Translations under genes and position numbers: made by a program
Source of the DNA: Planctomycetota bacterium
GTDB taxonomy: Bacteria > Planctomycetota > SZUA-567 > H5-PLA8
NCBI GenBank assembly: GCA_038227875.1
Contig: JBBRPR010000016.1
Location: 32,001 to 96,000 of the forward strand
Length of the DNA: 64,000 nucleotides
Direction: 5' to 3'
Notes under the pieces: generated by a model
Databases searched by the model: none
What the model was told of the DNA's origin: nothing
Seen by the model: the letters and a program-made list of their open reading frames with translations, nothing else
In this document: positions 8,689-18,743 of the stretch, piece by piece
How the letters are laid out: each line of letters starts with the position of its first letter
How positions within the stretch are numbered: the stretch's first letter is position 1

Positions 8689-11601
8689 CTATCCGCGCCA
8701 GACCTGCAGCAGTTTGTTGGCGGCCAGCGCCACGTCTTTGCGTTTGTCCTGTGCGAGCGCTTCGATCAGCTTACGCAGCGCGCGGGCGCGGTGCGTTGCT
8801 GCGGCATCGAGCGCCGCGCGGACCACCGGCGCCGCCGGGTCGCGCAGCGCCTCGGCCCAGAACGGACGGTTGAGTTTCAATTCCTTGCGCGAGCAGTGAA
8901 GCGTGCCGCGCAGTACAGTCTGTCGCGCGCTGACGCTCATGTCGAGGAACACCTGCAGCAGCGGCAGGCAGTCAGTGAATTCGTAGCGGTAACTGAACAG
9001 GCACCACGCCACGCCTTCGCGATCGCCGGCGGCGGCGCGCTGGCGCAGTAGCAGCAACAACACCTGTCGCCAGACTTTAGAATCCATGCGTTTGCGCAAC
9101 GTATTGAGGAAACTCAACCGCGCCTGCAGCGGTTGTTGCGTCCAATTGGGCATCGCTTCCAGATCGTCCCGTTCAGCGGCGCAGGCCATCGCCTCGACCA
9201 TCGCGTTGACGATCCCAGTCTCTTCGCGGCGCGCGCGTCCCCAGCGGCTCCACAAGCGTCCGAAATATTCGGGAGGCGAGTATATCGCGACGGCGGCGAG
9301 CACACGGTTGACGCCGACATTGCCGAGCAGCGGATCGAGCGAGAGCAGCACCGACGGCCAGTGTTCGGTGTCGAGCCGGTACGAGAGCGAGCGGGCTTCG
9401 CGCAGCAATTCTGCCATCGGCGTGTTCCTGGGCCGGTTGCAGAGATCCGTAAGAATCCGTTCACAAGCGTCGCCGGGATCCTGCCGTGCGCTGGCGCGTT
9501 TATGTGGACCGAGGCGCAAAATCGCATCGACGAATTTCGTGGCCAGCCATTCGGCGCCGTCGACGATGTCCTTGCGACTGCAGATTTCGCGCACCCATGC
9601 ATGTGGGTCAAGCGACTCGCTGCCGACTTCGAGCACGTAATGTCCGTCAAAGCCCGACCAGTTTCCGCCGACATGCTTGCGCAGCGCTTCTCCCACAAAT
9701 GCGCCGCACGCTTCCAGGTCGTCGTCGTCGAGCGACGCGGCGTCGGCAAAGACGGCGCTGGCGATCAGGCCGATGCCTTCTTCATCGAGCGTCAGCAGAT
9801 CGTCGCCTTCGCCCCAATATTGCATGACGGCCTGCGCGAGTTCCGACATGCGCTGATCGATCTCGTTCTCCGGCGCCGGCAGTTCGCGAACCGCCCGAAT
9901 GTCGGGGCGCTCTTCCAGCGAGGGCCCCTGCGCGAGCGGACGGTCGAGCGCGCGGTCGACCGTCGCAACGCGCAGATGACGTAGGAGCGCGTCGCGCTGA
10001 TCGGCCTTCAAGCCGTGAAGTTCCAATCGCAATCCACGTCCCGGATGGAGCGGCGGGAGCAGTCCGGCGGGCAAGCCTGGAGTTCCCTCGCTCAGTGACT
10101 TCGCCTTCTTACGGCCGCGCGGTACGCCGGAGAGCACGGCTGCATCGAGCCGAATCCAACGCACGTCCAATTCAGGCTCCAGAGCCTTGTCGTTTTTGCG
10201 CGGAAGCGTCGGCAGCACGCGCCGTGCTTTCCAGCGGACCACCGCGCTGGGGTGCGCGCGCGCCAGCCGTTCGACGTGCGCGCGAATACCGGCCGCGACG
10301 GTGTCGGTCATGGGAAGGCTCAAGACATGCCGCAATACGCCCGGCGCCTTGCTGCGCAACGCACGGCGGAGCATCGCCAGAACGCGGTTGGAATCCAGCC
10401 ATGCGTGTAGCGACCAGTGATCGGGCAGGCGTGCTTTGAAGAGTTCCGCCTGCCATTGTTCCAGGAGTCGTTCCTGTGCGTTGGGATTGCCCATCACCGC
10501 CATCCACAGCAGCCTCGCCGCGTGGGAATCATCGGGGACGTAACCCCGCAGGCCGGGGAAGAGCAGGTCGGGAAAATGATCGACGTCGGGAATGCCCTGC
10601 GCGGCGAAGCGTGCCAGCAGCGCTTCGGATTCCGCATTCGCCCCCAGCCGCGCCAGTTCGCGTGCGATAAAGAGGTAGTCGTGGTTGCCCTGCGCGGGCA
10701 GCGGCGGATTTTTTCCCGGACGGCCCAGCCCGGCCACATTCAAGAACCAGCGCAGATCGTCGATCGCTTCCTTGCGATCACACGCCCCGGCGGCGAATTT
10801 CGCGGCCGTCAGGTGGCTCCATGCTTCCGCGTACACCCAGATCGACGCGGCGGAGACCGTGGCGTCTTCAATAATCCACGCGCGCAGCACAAATTGAATG
10901 TCGAATGCGCCCATGCGGCCCAGTGGTGTGAGCAGATGTTGCAAACGGACCTGTCGGTGCGCGCGCCGTGCGGCCAATGCTCGCGACCAGAGTTCCCCGG
11001 CGTGTTCGCTCTCGCCCAGCGCGCCCAGTGCTTCGGCGGCGGGAATGCGCGCGGGGCTCAGCTCCCAGCAGAGCGGCAGGCATTCGACGAGCAGTTCGCG
11101 GCGCTTGAGTTTCCAGATCGCCAGCGCGGCGATCTCGCGCAACTTCGGCGAATGGTGCTGCAAGAGCGTACGAATGTCGTTTTCGCGCAGCGGCGCTTTG
11201 ATCGAACATGCCGCATCGACGAGCGCCCGGATTCGCTCAATCGCTTCGGCGTCCGGCGTGGCGTGTTCTACGCGCGCCGCTTCGCGGTGGAAACGCTGCG
11301 CGATGGCCGCGCCGGTTTCATACCAACTGTCAACCGTGGCTGCATGCAGAACGGCTTCGAGTTCCTTGAACGACCGCGCGTGCAGAATCGTGGCGACGGC
11401 ACGACGAATCACAGCGTCGCCGCCCAGCTGCTGAAAGAGGTCCCAGATTTCGCGGCGCTGGCGTTGATCTTTTAAATGCCGGGGAGCATGGAGCAGGTTG
11501 TGAGCGAGCGAATCGGGATTGCTTTGGGCAAGTTTTGTCACATCGACAAGGCGTTGTCGCCGTTTGCGCTGAACCAGCCGTCTACCGTGTCGTAGTGGCA
11601 T
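8689..11601 (-). CDS. Large hypothetical helical (HEAT-like) protein
   Basis: About 970-aa ORF directly downstream of rsmE; Ala/Leu/Arg-rich HEAT-like segments; GAFVGEALRKHVGGNW motif. Start uncertain. Confidence 0.65.
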   Translation of the reverse strand: MPLRHGRRLVQRKRRQRLVDVTKLAQSNPDSLAHNLLHAPRHLKDQRQRREIWDLFQQLGGDAVIRRAVATILHARSFKELEAVLHAATVDSWYETGAAIAQRFHREAARVEHATPDAEAIERIRALVDAACSIKAPLRENDIRTLLQHHSPKLREIAALAIWKLKRRELLVECLPLCWELSPARIPAAEALGALGESEHAGELWSRALAARRAHRQVRLQHLLTPLGRMGAFDIQFVLRAWIIEDATVSAASIWVYAEAWSHLTAAKFAAGACDRKEAIDDLRWFLNVAGLGRPGKNPPLPAQGNHDYLFIARELARLGANAESEALLARFAAQGIPDVDHFPDLLFPGLRGYVPDDSHAARLLWMAVMGNPNAQERLLEQWQAELFKARLPDHWSLHAWLDSNRVLAMLRRALRSKAPGVLRHVLSLPMTDTVAAGIRAHVERLARAHPSAVVRWKARRVLPTLPRKNDKALEPELDVRWIRLDAAVLSGVPRGRKKAKSLSEGTPGLPAGLLPPLHPGRGLRLELHGLKADQRDALLRHLRVATVDRALDRPLAQGPSLEERPDIRAVRELPAPENEIDQRMSELAQAVMQYWGEGDDLLTLDEEGIGLIASAVFADAASLDDDDLEACGAFVGEALRKHVGGNWSGFDGHYVLEVGSESLDPHAWVREICSRKDIVDGAEWLATKFVDAILRLGPHKRASARQDPGDACERILTDLCNRPRNTPMAELLREARSLSYRLDTEHWPSVLLSLDPLLGNVGVNRVLAAVAIYSPPEYFGRLWSRWGRARREETGIVNAMVEAMACAAERDDLEAMPNWTQQPLQARLSFLNTLRKRMDSKVWRQVLLLLLRQRAAAGDREGVAWCLFSYRYEFTDCLPLLQVFLDMSVSARQTVLRGTLHCSRKELKLNRPFWAEALRDPAAPVVRAALDAAATHRARALRKLIEALAQDKRKDVALAANKLLQVWRG

Positions 11602-11611
11602 AAAATTATGG

Positions 11612-12349
11612 TCAATCCAGGACTGCACGAGTGATGGAACACGCTGCAATCGCCGCTGTTTCTACTCTAAGCACGTTCCTTGCCAGTTTTACCTGTCGCA
11701 ATCCGTGCGTCTTTCCCAGCGCCAACTCCTCCGGCGAAAACCCGCCTTCAGGTCCGATAAATATCAGCACCGATCGAGAGACCAGATTTGAGCGCTCTGC
11801 TTGAAGTAGGTCGACAAGGCTCATTTCCGCTCGCGGTTCGGCAATCAATGCCAGCGAGCTCTGCGCTTCGAGCTCGATGGCCTTCGCAAACGAAATCTCC
11901 GCGGAAATCTGCAGCGGTTCATTGCGGCCGCTCTGCTTGGCCGCTTCGTCGGCGATGCGCCGCAGCCGAGCGACGCCTTCGGCCTCGTCGTCTTTCGTCA
12001 CCACGCTGCGCGAGTAATGTATGGGGATCAGGCGATCAAGACCCAGCTCGCTGCACTTTTCAACCAATACTGAGGCGCGTTTGCCTTTCGGCCAGGCCGC
12101 AGCGATGGCAAGCCGATGGACATTTGTCTGCGGTTGATTGACGGACTGGATGCGCGCGGCGTATTCCCCGGCCGTTGTGGTGAGGACCGCAGTGGCACTG
12201 CGGCCGGCGCCGTCGAACAATTCAATCGGCGCGTCGTGATCCAGGCGCAGCACGCGGGCATGGCGAAGCTCGTCCGGCGGCAGGATCAGCGCATCGCCCG
12301 GGCCGACATGCTCCAATGATTCCACGCGAAAACGGCGCACTTTCGACAT
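11612..12349 (-). CDS. rsmE: 16S rRNA m3U1498 methyltransferase
   Basis: HARVLRL, EKCSELG, EAAKQSGR, IGPEGGFS, LRVETAA. Confidence 0.95.
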   Translation of the reverse strand: MSKVRRFRVESLEHVGPGDALILPPDELRHARVLRLDHDAPIELFDGAGRSATAVLTTTAGEYAARIQSVNQPQTNVHRLAIAAAWPKGKRASVLVEKCSELGLDRLIPIHYSRSVVTKDDEAEGVARLRRIADEAAKQSGRNEPLQISAEISFAKAIELEAQSSLALIAEPRAEMSLVDLLQAERSNLVSRSVLIFIGPEGGFSPEELALGKTHGLRQVKLARNVLRVETAAIAACSITRAVLD

Positions 12350-12382
12350 GACCTGATTTTCTCCGCTCTGCTCGCTACGACG

Positions 12383-13192
12383 TTACCCGCGCGCGAAGGA
12401 TGCTGCGCGGATATTTTTGATTCCGGCTGCGTGCAGCGTGCGCGCGCATTCGGAAACGGTACTGCCGGTCGTAATCACGTCGTCGATAAGCAGAATGGAA
12501 GAGGCGGCGAAGCGCCTGGCCAGTTTGGAATTGCATGCGAATGCGCCATCGAGATTGACGCGGCGCCTTTCACGGCCCAGCGTGGCCTGGGCTGGAGTGG
12601 GGCGGATCTTTTCGAGCAGCGCCGGTTCGCAGCGCAGCTTCAAGCGTCCGGCGACGCGGCGCGCGAGCTCTTCGGCCTGATTAAAGCCGCGTTCGCGCAG
12701 ACCCCGCCGCGTCAGCGGCGCAGGCACCACGATACAATCGGGCTGAATCAGCTTTGTGGCTTCGATGCGGCGCGCCAGAATCTCTCCCATCAAATGAGCG
12801 ACGTGGATATTGCGTCCAAATTTCAGCGCGAGCACAACGTCGCGGACCGGTCCCTCAGAATAGACGGCGGCCGCTGCAATCGCTTCGATGAAACGCGGCG
12901 GAAACGAGCGGCACGAACCGCATTCCGCGACCATGCCCGAACCCAGGCCCACTGCATCGCCGCAGCGGCTGCAGCGGTCGGAGCCGATCCAGCGCACGCG
13001 CGTGGCGCAGGCGAGGCAGAGCACCTTATTCTGCGCCGGCTGCAGCGGAATGCCGCAGGAACTACAATGCGGCGGGAAGATCAGATCGAGCAGGGCGTCC
13101 GCGCCACGGCGGAGCCGTGGCAGCGGCGCGGTGCCGGCGAACGCAGGTGACTCGAAGAGGAGCGTGCGGGTTTCGCGATCGAGTGTTTGCAA
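12383..13192 (-). CDS. comF: ComF family protein (double zinc ribbon + phosphoribosyltransferase)
   Basis: LIFPPHCSSC, CxxC pairs, RGFNQA, LLIDDVITTGST. Confidence 0.9.
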   Translation of the reverse strand: MQTLDRETRTLLFESPAFAGTAPLPRLRRGADALLDLIFPPHCSSCGIPLQPAQNKVLCLACATRVRWIGSDRCSRCGDAVGLGSGMVAECGSCRSFPPRFIEAIAAAAVYSEGPVRDVVLALKFGRNIHVAHLMGEILARRIEATKLIQPDCIVVPAPLTRRGLRERGFNQAEELARRVAGRLKLRCEPALLEKIRPTPAQATLGRERRRVNLDGAFACNSKLARRFAASSILLIDDVITTGSTVSECARTLHAAGIKNIRAASFARG

Positions 13193-13295
13193 GAAGCGCG
13201 TCCTTGAAGCGTGTTGAGTTCGCAGGTTCCCGTTTAGAGCTGTATTTCCACCATTTCTTTTATCACAAATCGGCAGTGCTCAAATGCGAATCCGG

Positions 13296-15518
13296 TCACT
13301 CGATTGGCGGACGCTCCGCGACGAAATTGTAAATGTCCTGGCCCAGTCGCGGATCCTCCAGATTTTGAGTCGTGACCAAGCGCTCGCCGTCGAAATGACG
13401 AAGGACAAATCCTTGCCGATGCAGATCGCTTAAAAGGATGCGTGCCGTGTAATGGAAGCTGTACGCAGCGACATCGACGGCTTCAAAAAAGAGCGTGACG
13501 TCGCGACAACGTGCCAGGGTTTCGTGCGCACCCTCCAGCACCAGACGCTCCGCGCCCTCGACATCGATCTTGAGCACGTCGACGCGGGCCACATTCAGCT
13601 CTTTCAGTGCCGCGTCAAGCGTAGTGGTTTCGACGGATTCCCACTTTTCAATCTTCTGTCCGGCGTGGGCAGTTTTGGCCAGCGAGTTCATCGCGCCATC
13701 GGTGGAGATCGCCAGCGATGCCGTGCCCGCCGAGGCGCTGACAGCTTTCGAGACGATCGTAACATTGGTCAGTTGATTTAAAGAGACATTTCGCCGCAGC
13801 AGTTCAACGTTGCGCGGATCGGGCTCGAAGGCGATGACACGGCCTTCGGGTCCCACCACGCGCGCGGCAACGACGGTGAAAATGCCGCCGTTGGCTCCGA
13901 TATCGACGAAGATTCCGCCGGATTTCAGACGTTCCCGGATGAATCGTAGTTCCGCGCCCTCGAACGACCCGTTGAACAGGCAGAACCCGATAATTGAATC
14001 GGCTGGATAGACGAATTTAGAGCCGTCCGGAAGAGTAAAATTCGCCAGACCTGGTTTTAAAATGCAACGCACGCGCCAGAGTTTATTCATCACGGCGACG
14101 CGGAAATCGGAGAGACCAAACATGGCGATGATGCTAACACCGCACGCGAGCACGCGCGAAGCGTCGTTCGGCGCGAGCCAGCACAGCGGAATTCCGAGAC
14201 CGAAAGCAACCATCGGACGGGCCAGCCAGCCCAACCACATCCGCGAGGTCACATGCGCGAGGCTGAAACCGAGAATGGTCAGCAGCCACGCCAACTGATA
14301 GCCGGCGTTTCCGGCCACTGCGCCGTTCAGCCCAAACTTGGACGCGCCGAGCGCAATAGACGCGATCGCGAGCAGCGCGCTGCAAAGGACGATTGCTGCA
14401 GTTTCGCGCGTGGCTTTCAGGCCCAGGCACAGCATGTAGCCGGTCGCATTGAGCGAGTAGAGCGCGTAAATCACCATCGCCAATCGGAACGGAAGAACGA
14501 AATCGTCGACAGGAAGCCCCGGCAGCATCAGCGCCAGAATCCGCGCGGCAAACGCGAAGAAAATCACCGCGAGCGCCAGCGCGACGATCGCATTAGCCTC
14601 CAACGCGCGACGGAGCCGCGGCCGCGCGTACACGGCGTCCTGTGCGGCGAGCAACCGGCTGACTTCCGGCAGCAGAGGTTGCACGCCGATCGCCGAGAGC
14701 GAATTGATTTGCCCTGCAACGGAGGTGATTGCCGCGTAGATGGCAGCCACCGAAGCGCCGAGAATGCTGCCCACGACGAGACGGTCAGCCTGGCTGAAAA
14801 TCTGTGAACCGAGTGTCGAGAGGCAGGTCCACCACGCTTGAGTTCCCACCTCGCGCGCGCGCGCACGGTTCCAAGCGGGTTTCAGGCGAGCCGGACCGAG
14901 TAGCAGCGCTGCGTAGGCACCATGGATCAGCAGACCTGCCGCACTGACCCAGACCTGCCAGTGCATGAACTCGACGGTCTGGCCACCGCGATTTGCCAGT
15001 ACAATCATGCCGAGATTTGCTGCACTGGATTGCAGCGTGAGCAGCACATTCATCGGTCCGTAGCGCTGAAATCCCTGCTGTACGCCCAGCGCGAGTTGCT
15101 GCATCAAACGCGTCCAAACCCACGCACTTCCGAGACGCAGCGCTGCCGCGAGTTCCGTGCATTGCAGTGCGGTGAGCTTGCTGAATTGTGCGGCAATCAG
15201 TTCGGCATCGAAGTAAAGTCCGACGGACAGCACGGTAGCCATGACGATGGTGAGGGCGCTTAAAAAGGTCAGCGATGCTGTGACATCCCGCGGTTCGTCG
15301 CGGTCGCGAGCGACAAAAACGATCGTGGTGAGATTCAGTGCCGACTCGGCCACCGCGACCAGGGCGACCAGCGAAGCGGCGAGCGTCCAGACGCCGTAAG
15401 CTTCCAGTCCCGCGAACTTGACGACGTAGCGGATCGTGGCGAGGCCCACGGCGGTGCGGACCAGCGCGCCAGCGATGTTGTAAATTCCGTTTCGCGACAC
15501 AGGACTTATTCTATGCAA
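13296..15518 (-). CDS. Oligosaccharide flippase (Wzx-like) fused to FkbM-family methyltransferase
   Basis: N-terminal ~480 aa are multi-TM with G..AYG.W and QADRLVVG; C-terminal VDIGANGG, FEPDP, KIDVEGAE. One continuous ORF. Confidence 0.85.
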   Translation of the reverse strand: MHRISPVSRNGIYNIAGALVRTAVGLATIRYVVKFAGLEAYGVWTLAASLVALVAVAESALNLTTIVFVARDRDEPRDVTASLTFLSALTIVMATVLSVGLYFDAELIAAQFSKLTALQCTELAAALRLGSAWVWTRLMQQLALGVQQGFQRYGPMNVLLTLQSSAANLGMIVLANRGGQTVEFMHWQVWVSAAGLLIHGAYAALLLGPARLKPAWNRARAREVGTQAWWTCLSTLGSQIFSQADRLVVGSILGASVAAIYAAITSVAGQINSLSAIGVQPLLPEVSRLLAAQDAVYARPRLRRALEANAIVALALAVIFFAFAARILALMLPGLPVDDFVLPFRLAMVIYALYSLNATGYMLCLGLKATRETAAIVLCSALLAIASIALGASKFGLNGAVAGNAGYQLAWLLTILGFSLAHVTSRMWLGWLARPMVAFGLGIPLCWLAPNDASRVLACGVSIIAMFGLSDFRVAVMNKLWRVRCILKPGLANFTLPDGSKFVYPADSIIGFCLFNGSFEGAELRFIRERLKSGGIFVDIGANGGIFTVVAARVVGPEGRVIAFEPDPRNVELLRRNVSLNQLTNVTIVSKAVSASAGTASLAISTDGAMNSLAKTAHAGQKIEKWESVETTTLDAALKELNVARVDVLKIDVEGAERLVLEGAHETLARCRDVTLFFEAVDVAAYSFHYTARILLSDLHRQGFVLRHFDGERLVTTQNLEDPRLGQDIYNFVAERPPIE

Positions 15519-15559
15519 GCGCTACAATTCGCACGATCAAATCACGGCGGAGGCGGGCG

Positions 15560-16303
15560 ATGTCGCGGGTCAAAGATATTCTGTTTGCATTGCGCAATTC
15601 CGAGCAGCTCCACATCTATCGCGACTTCCTGAGTGATCATTACCAGCGGCACAATCTCGCGCGCCTGCAGCATCTCGCCAGCCTGGGGCTCGAACTGGAC
15701 CGCAAGCACGTACTCGAAGTCGGCGCGGGAATCGGCGACCACAGTCTCTTCTATCTGTATAGGGGTTGCGAGGTACTGCCGACCGATGGCCGTCCGGAAA
15801 ACGTCGACTTCATCCGCAAGCGCCTGGGCATCCGCGCCGAGGTGCTCGACCCGGAGCAGCATCCCGAACAACTGGGCGCGCTGGGTAAGTTCGACCTTCT
15901 GCATTGCTACGGCTTTCTATATCACATCGCGAATCCAGAAGTCTTTCTCGAACACGCCGCGAAATCCGCGCACACGCTTTTGCTGGAGACCTGCGTCTCG
16001 TGGGGCAAGGATGTGCAGAAAAACGTGGTTTCGGAGCAGGCAGAGGTGCTTTGCCAGGCTCTGCATGGGAAAGGCTGCCGCCCAACGCGGCCTTGGATTT
16101 TTCAGACGCTGCAACAGCACTTCAAATATGTCTACTGTTCCCGCACGCAGCCGAAGCATGCGGAATTTCCGCTCAATTGGGAGCAGCCCTTCGCCAATCC
16201 CGCGCTGCTTTCGCGCGCTGTTTTTGTCGCCAGCCACGCGCCGGTGGCGAGCGTGAAGCTGACGAGTGAGTTGCCGATGCACTATGAGGATCATTCAAAA
16301 TGA
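15560..16303 (+). CDS. Class I SAM-dependent methyltransferase
   Basis: VLEVGAGIG, FDLLHCYGFLYH. Confidence 0.85.
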   Translation: MSRVKDILFALRNSEQLHIYRDFLSDHYQRHNLARLQHLASLGLELDRKHVLEVGAGIGDHSLFYLYRGCEVLPTDGRPENVDFIRKRLGIRAEVLDPEQHPEQLGALGKFDLLHCYGFLYHIANPEVFLEHAAKSAHTLLLETCVSWGKDVQKNVVSEQAEVLCQALHGKGCRPTRPWIFQTLQQHFKYVYCSRTQPKHAEFPLNWEQPFANPALLSRAVFVASHAPVASVKLTSELPMHYEDHSK

Positions 16304-16355
16304 TTTGCGCACGATCAATTCTTGAGGTACATTAGACAAAGTTTGGAGGTTGTTT

Positions 16356-16433
16356 GTGAATTCAATGGGTCTGTACTTTTACGCATACTTTACCTTTCCC
16401 TGGCGTCGGCCAGGGCTGAGGGAAGCTGCGTAA
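16356..16433 (+). CDS. Aromatic-rich leader peptide MNSMGLYFYAYFTFPWRRPGLREAA (attenuator)
   Basis: GGAGG 6 nt before the GTG; 7 aromatic codons (3 Tyr, 3 Phe, 1 Trp) within 10 codons; upstream of a terminator and DAHP synthase. Confidence 0.85.
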   Translation: MNSMGLYFYAYFTFPWRRPGLREAA

Positions 16434-16460
16434 ACGTTCCAAACGTTTAAGCCGTCCTTC

Positions 16461-16492
16461 AAGCCCTGGGTGATCTCAGGGCTTTTTTGTTT
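16461..16492 (+). terminator. Attenuator terminator upstream of DAHP synthase
   Basis: AAGCCCTGGG-TGAT-CTCAGGGCTT plus T tract; the 5' arm AGCCCTGG is complementary to CCAGGGCT (16410-16417) in the leader. Confidence 0.85.
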
Positions 16493-16542
16493 CGCCAAAC
16501 GTGCGGCGTGAAGGTCCCCGGGACACCAGTAAAGGATCAGAG

Positions 16543-17601
16543 ATGAAAGAGAAAATCGAGAACCAGAACATCCTGGAGGCTACGCCCTTGGTGTCCCCGA
16601 ACGCCGTTCAAAAGAAGCTGCCCATCTCGCCGGGCGCCGCGGACGTGGTAATCAATACGCGACAGGCGATCCGCGACATCATTCACGGCCGCGATACCCG
16701 CCGCATCCTCATCGTCGTTGGTCCCTGCTCGATTCACGACACCGAAGCGGCGCTCGACTACGCGAAGAAACTGAAAGCCGTCGCCGACGTCACGCGCAAC
16801 GAGCTGGTCATCGTGATGCGCACCTATTTTGAGAAACCGCGCACGACCGTCGGCTGGAAGGGACTGATCAACGACCCGCTGCTCGACGGCTCCTGCAACA
16901 TCGCCGAAGGCTTGAATCTCGCCCGCACGCTGCTGCTGAACATCAACGCCATGGGCCTGGCCTGCGCCAGCGAAATGCTCGACCCAGTCACGCCGCAGTA
17001 CATCGCGGACCTGGTGAGCTGGGCGGCGATCGGCGCGCGCACGACCGAAAGCCAGACGCACCGCGAAATGGCCAGCGGATTGTCGATGCCCGTGGGCTTC
17101 AAGAATGGCACCGACGGCAGCCTGCAAGTCGCATTGAATGCCATGATTTCCGCGCGGCATGCGCACAGTTTCCTGGGCATCAACGCCGACGGCATGACCT
17201 CCGTGATCAAGACCAAGGGCAATCCCGATCGTCACGTCGTGTTGCGCGGCGGCGGCGGTGAAACGAACTTCAGTCCCGCCGACATCGCCGCAGCGGCGGA
17301 GCTCGTGAAAGACGAAGGCGTCGTCCGTCCGGTGATGGTGGATTGCTCGCACGGCAACGCCGACAAGGATCACACGCGCCAGGCCACGGCCTGCCGCGAA
17401 GTCGCCCGCCAGATCGCCTCCGGCCAGAACAAGATCATGGGCCTGATGATCGAAAGCCACATCAACCCCGGCAAGCAGAGCTGGAAGCAGGGCGTGAAAC
17501 TCGCGTACGGCGTGTCGATCACCGACGCCTGCATCGGCTATCCGGAAACGGAAGTGCTGCTGAAGGAACTGGCGGAAGCGGTGAAGCAGGGCGGGAAGTA
17601 G
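16543..17601 (+). CDS. aroG: 3-deoxy-7-phosphoheptulonate (DAHP) synthase, class I alpha
   Basis: GPCSIHD, YFEKPRTTVGWKGLINDP, AIGARTTESQTHRE, VDCSHGN, YGVSITDACI. AAAGGA RBS before ATG 16543. Confidence 0.96.
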   Translation: MKEKIENQNILEATPLVSPNAVQKKLPISPGAADVVINTRQAIRDIIHGRDTRRILIVVGPCSIHDTEAALDYAKKLKAVADVTRNELVIVMRTYFEKPRTTVGWKGLINDPLLDGSCNIAEGLNLARTLLLNINAMGLACASEMLDPVTPQYIADLVSWAAIGARTTESQTHREMASGLSMPVGFKNGTDGSLQVALNAMISARHAHSFLGINADGMTSVIKTKGNPDRHVVLRGGGGETNFSPADIAAAAELVKDEGVVRPVMVDCSHGNADKDHTRQATACREVARQIASGQNKIMGLMIESHINPGKQSWKQGVKLAYGVSITDACIGYPETEVLLKELAEAVKQGGK

Positions 17602-17609
17602 CGTTTCTA

Positions 17610-17812
17610 AATCTCGCGCAAAGACGCAAAGACGCAAAGAACAGCAACGGAATTGGGATTGCTCTGACACTCTCGTCTCGGGCGCGGGCACGCATGTCCG
17701 CGCGCGAGACCAGCAGTGGGCCAATTGGCCCACTGGTCAAAAACAAACAATTGGACCGTCAAAATCAAAGTCCGTTGCCGTTCTTTGCGGCTTCGCGGCT
17801 TTGCGTGAGATT
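17610..17812. repeat. ~200-bp inverted-repeat element with CGCAAAGA-type arms
   Basis: 42-bp arms (17610-17651 and 17771-17812, 5 mismatches); internal perfect 22-bp palindrome at 17714-17735. Confidence 0.8.
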
Positions 17813-18524
17813 AAAAACCCCGCACGACCGGCCAGACCGCTTTCCACGCCGCCGTCAACGCGGCCGAGGCTGTGTCACTGCGCTTTTTCAGTTCCATCAA
17901 GCGCGCGATGTTGGTCGGACGCTTGAAAATGAAGCGCGTGATTTTTCCCGCGCGTACATTGCCGTCGGCATCGAGAAATTTCGAGACTTCCGACGGAAGT
18001 TCGTCGTCCACCGAATCGCTGACCACGCGTAGCACGAACGGCGTGCATCCGCCGGCTTTTGCAGCCGGAGTGGCGATGGCGAACGATTCCATGTCGACGG
18101 CGACAGCACCGGACGAAATACCGAGCGCCCGTTTGTCTTCGCGGAGGAAGACCGGTTCGCGGACGGAAGTCAGCGGCCCGGCGTGAAATCGGACACCGGC
18201 GGAACTTAGCGCGGCGGTGATCTTGCCCACCAGCGTGGCATCGACATTGATTTTTTCGACGGAATCGCCACGCAGAATTTCCGTCGCGACGATGATGTCG
18301 CCGACTTCAACTCCGTCTTTCAAGCCGCCGCAAAAACCGGTCGAGCAGACGAATTTCGCGCTGGCGAAATCAAGCCCGGCAACCGCGCGGGAGGCTGAAT
18401 CCGGACCGACGCCGCCACGGATCAAGTTCGCGCGAGAGTGCTCGGAAGGTGAAATGCCTCTGCCAACGGCGGCCAATTCGTCGCGAATTGCGCCAATGAT
18501 AATCACGGAGGGAAGGTCGGGCAT
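17811..18524 (-). CDS. Nucleoside phosphorylase family protein (HpnG/MTA nucleosidase-like)
   Basis: GGVGP, STGFCGGL..VGDIIV, AVDMES, LRVVSD; lies close to an hpnA-like gene. Confidence 0.85.
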   Translation of the reverse strand: MPDLPSVIIIGAIRDELAAVGRGISPSEHSRANLIRGGVGPDSASRAVAGLDFASAKFVCSTGFCGGLKDGVEVGDIIVATEILRGDSVEKINVDATLVGKITAALSSAGVRFHAGPLTSVREPVFLREDKRALGISSGAVAVDMESFAIATPAAKAGGCTPFVLRVVSDSVDDELPSEVSKFLDADGNVRAGKITRFIFKRPTNIARLMELKKRSDTASAALTAAWKAVWPVVRGF

Positions 18525-18743
18525 GGACGCACCTTTTACCAGATAGCTATAGAGCAGCACAGAAGGATTCACAGCATCAATCAGAAAGTTCACCGATAAC
18601 CTATTTGTTCAAATTCCATCAGCGGTTCCCGGCGTGCAACTTGCAATGCTCCTATGTCCTGCTGTCGCATTAACTTTCCAACTTCTGGCCCTTGTTTTGT
18701 GCTACTTACGCGGCCAGACCATCGCATCTGCGGAGCAGGAACA

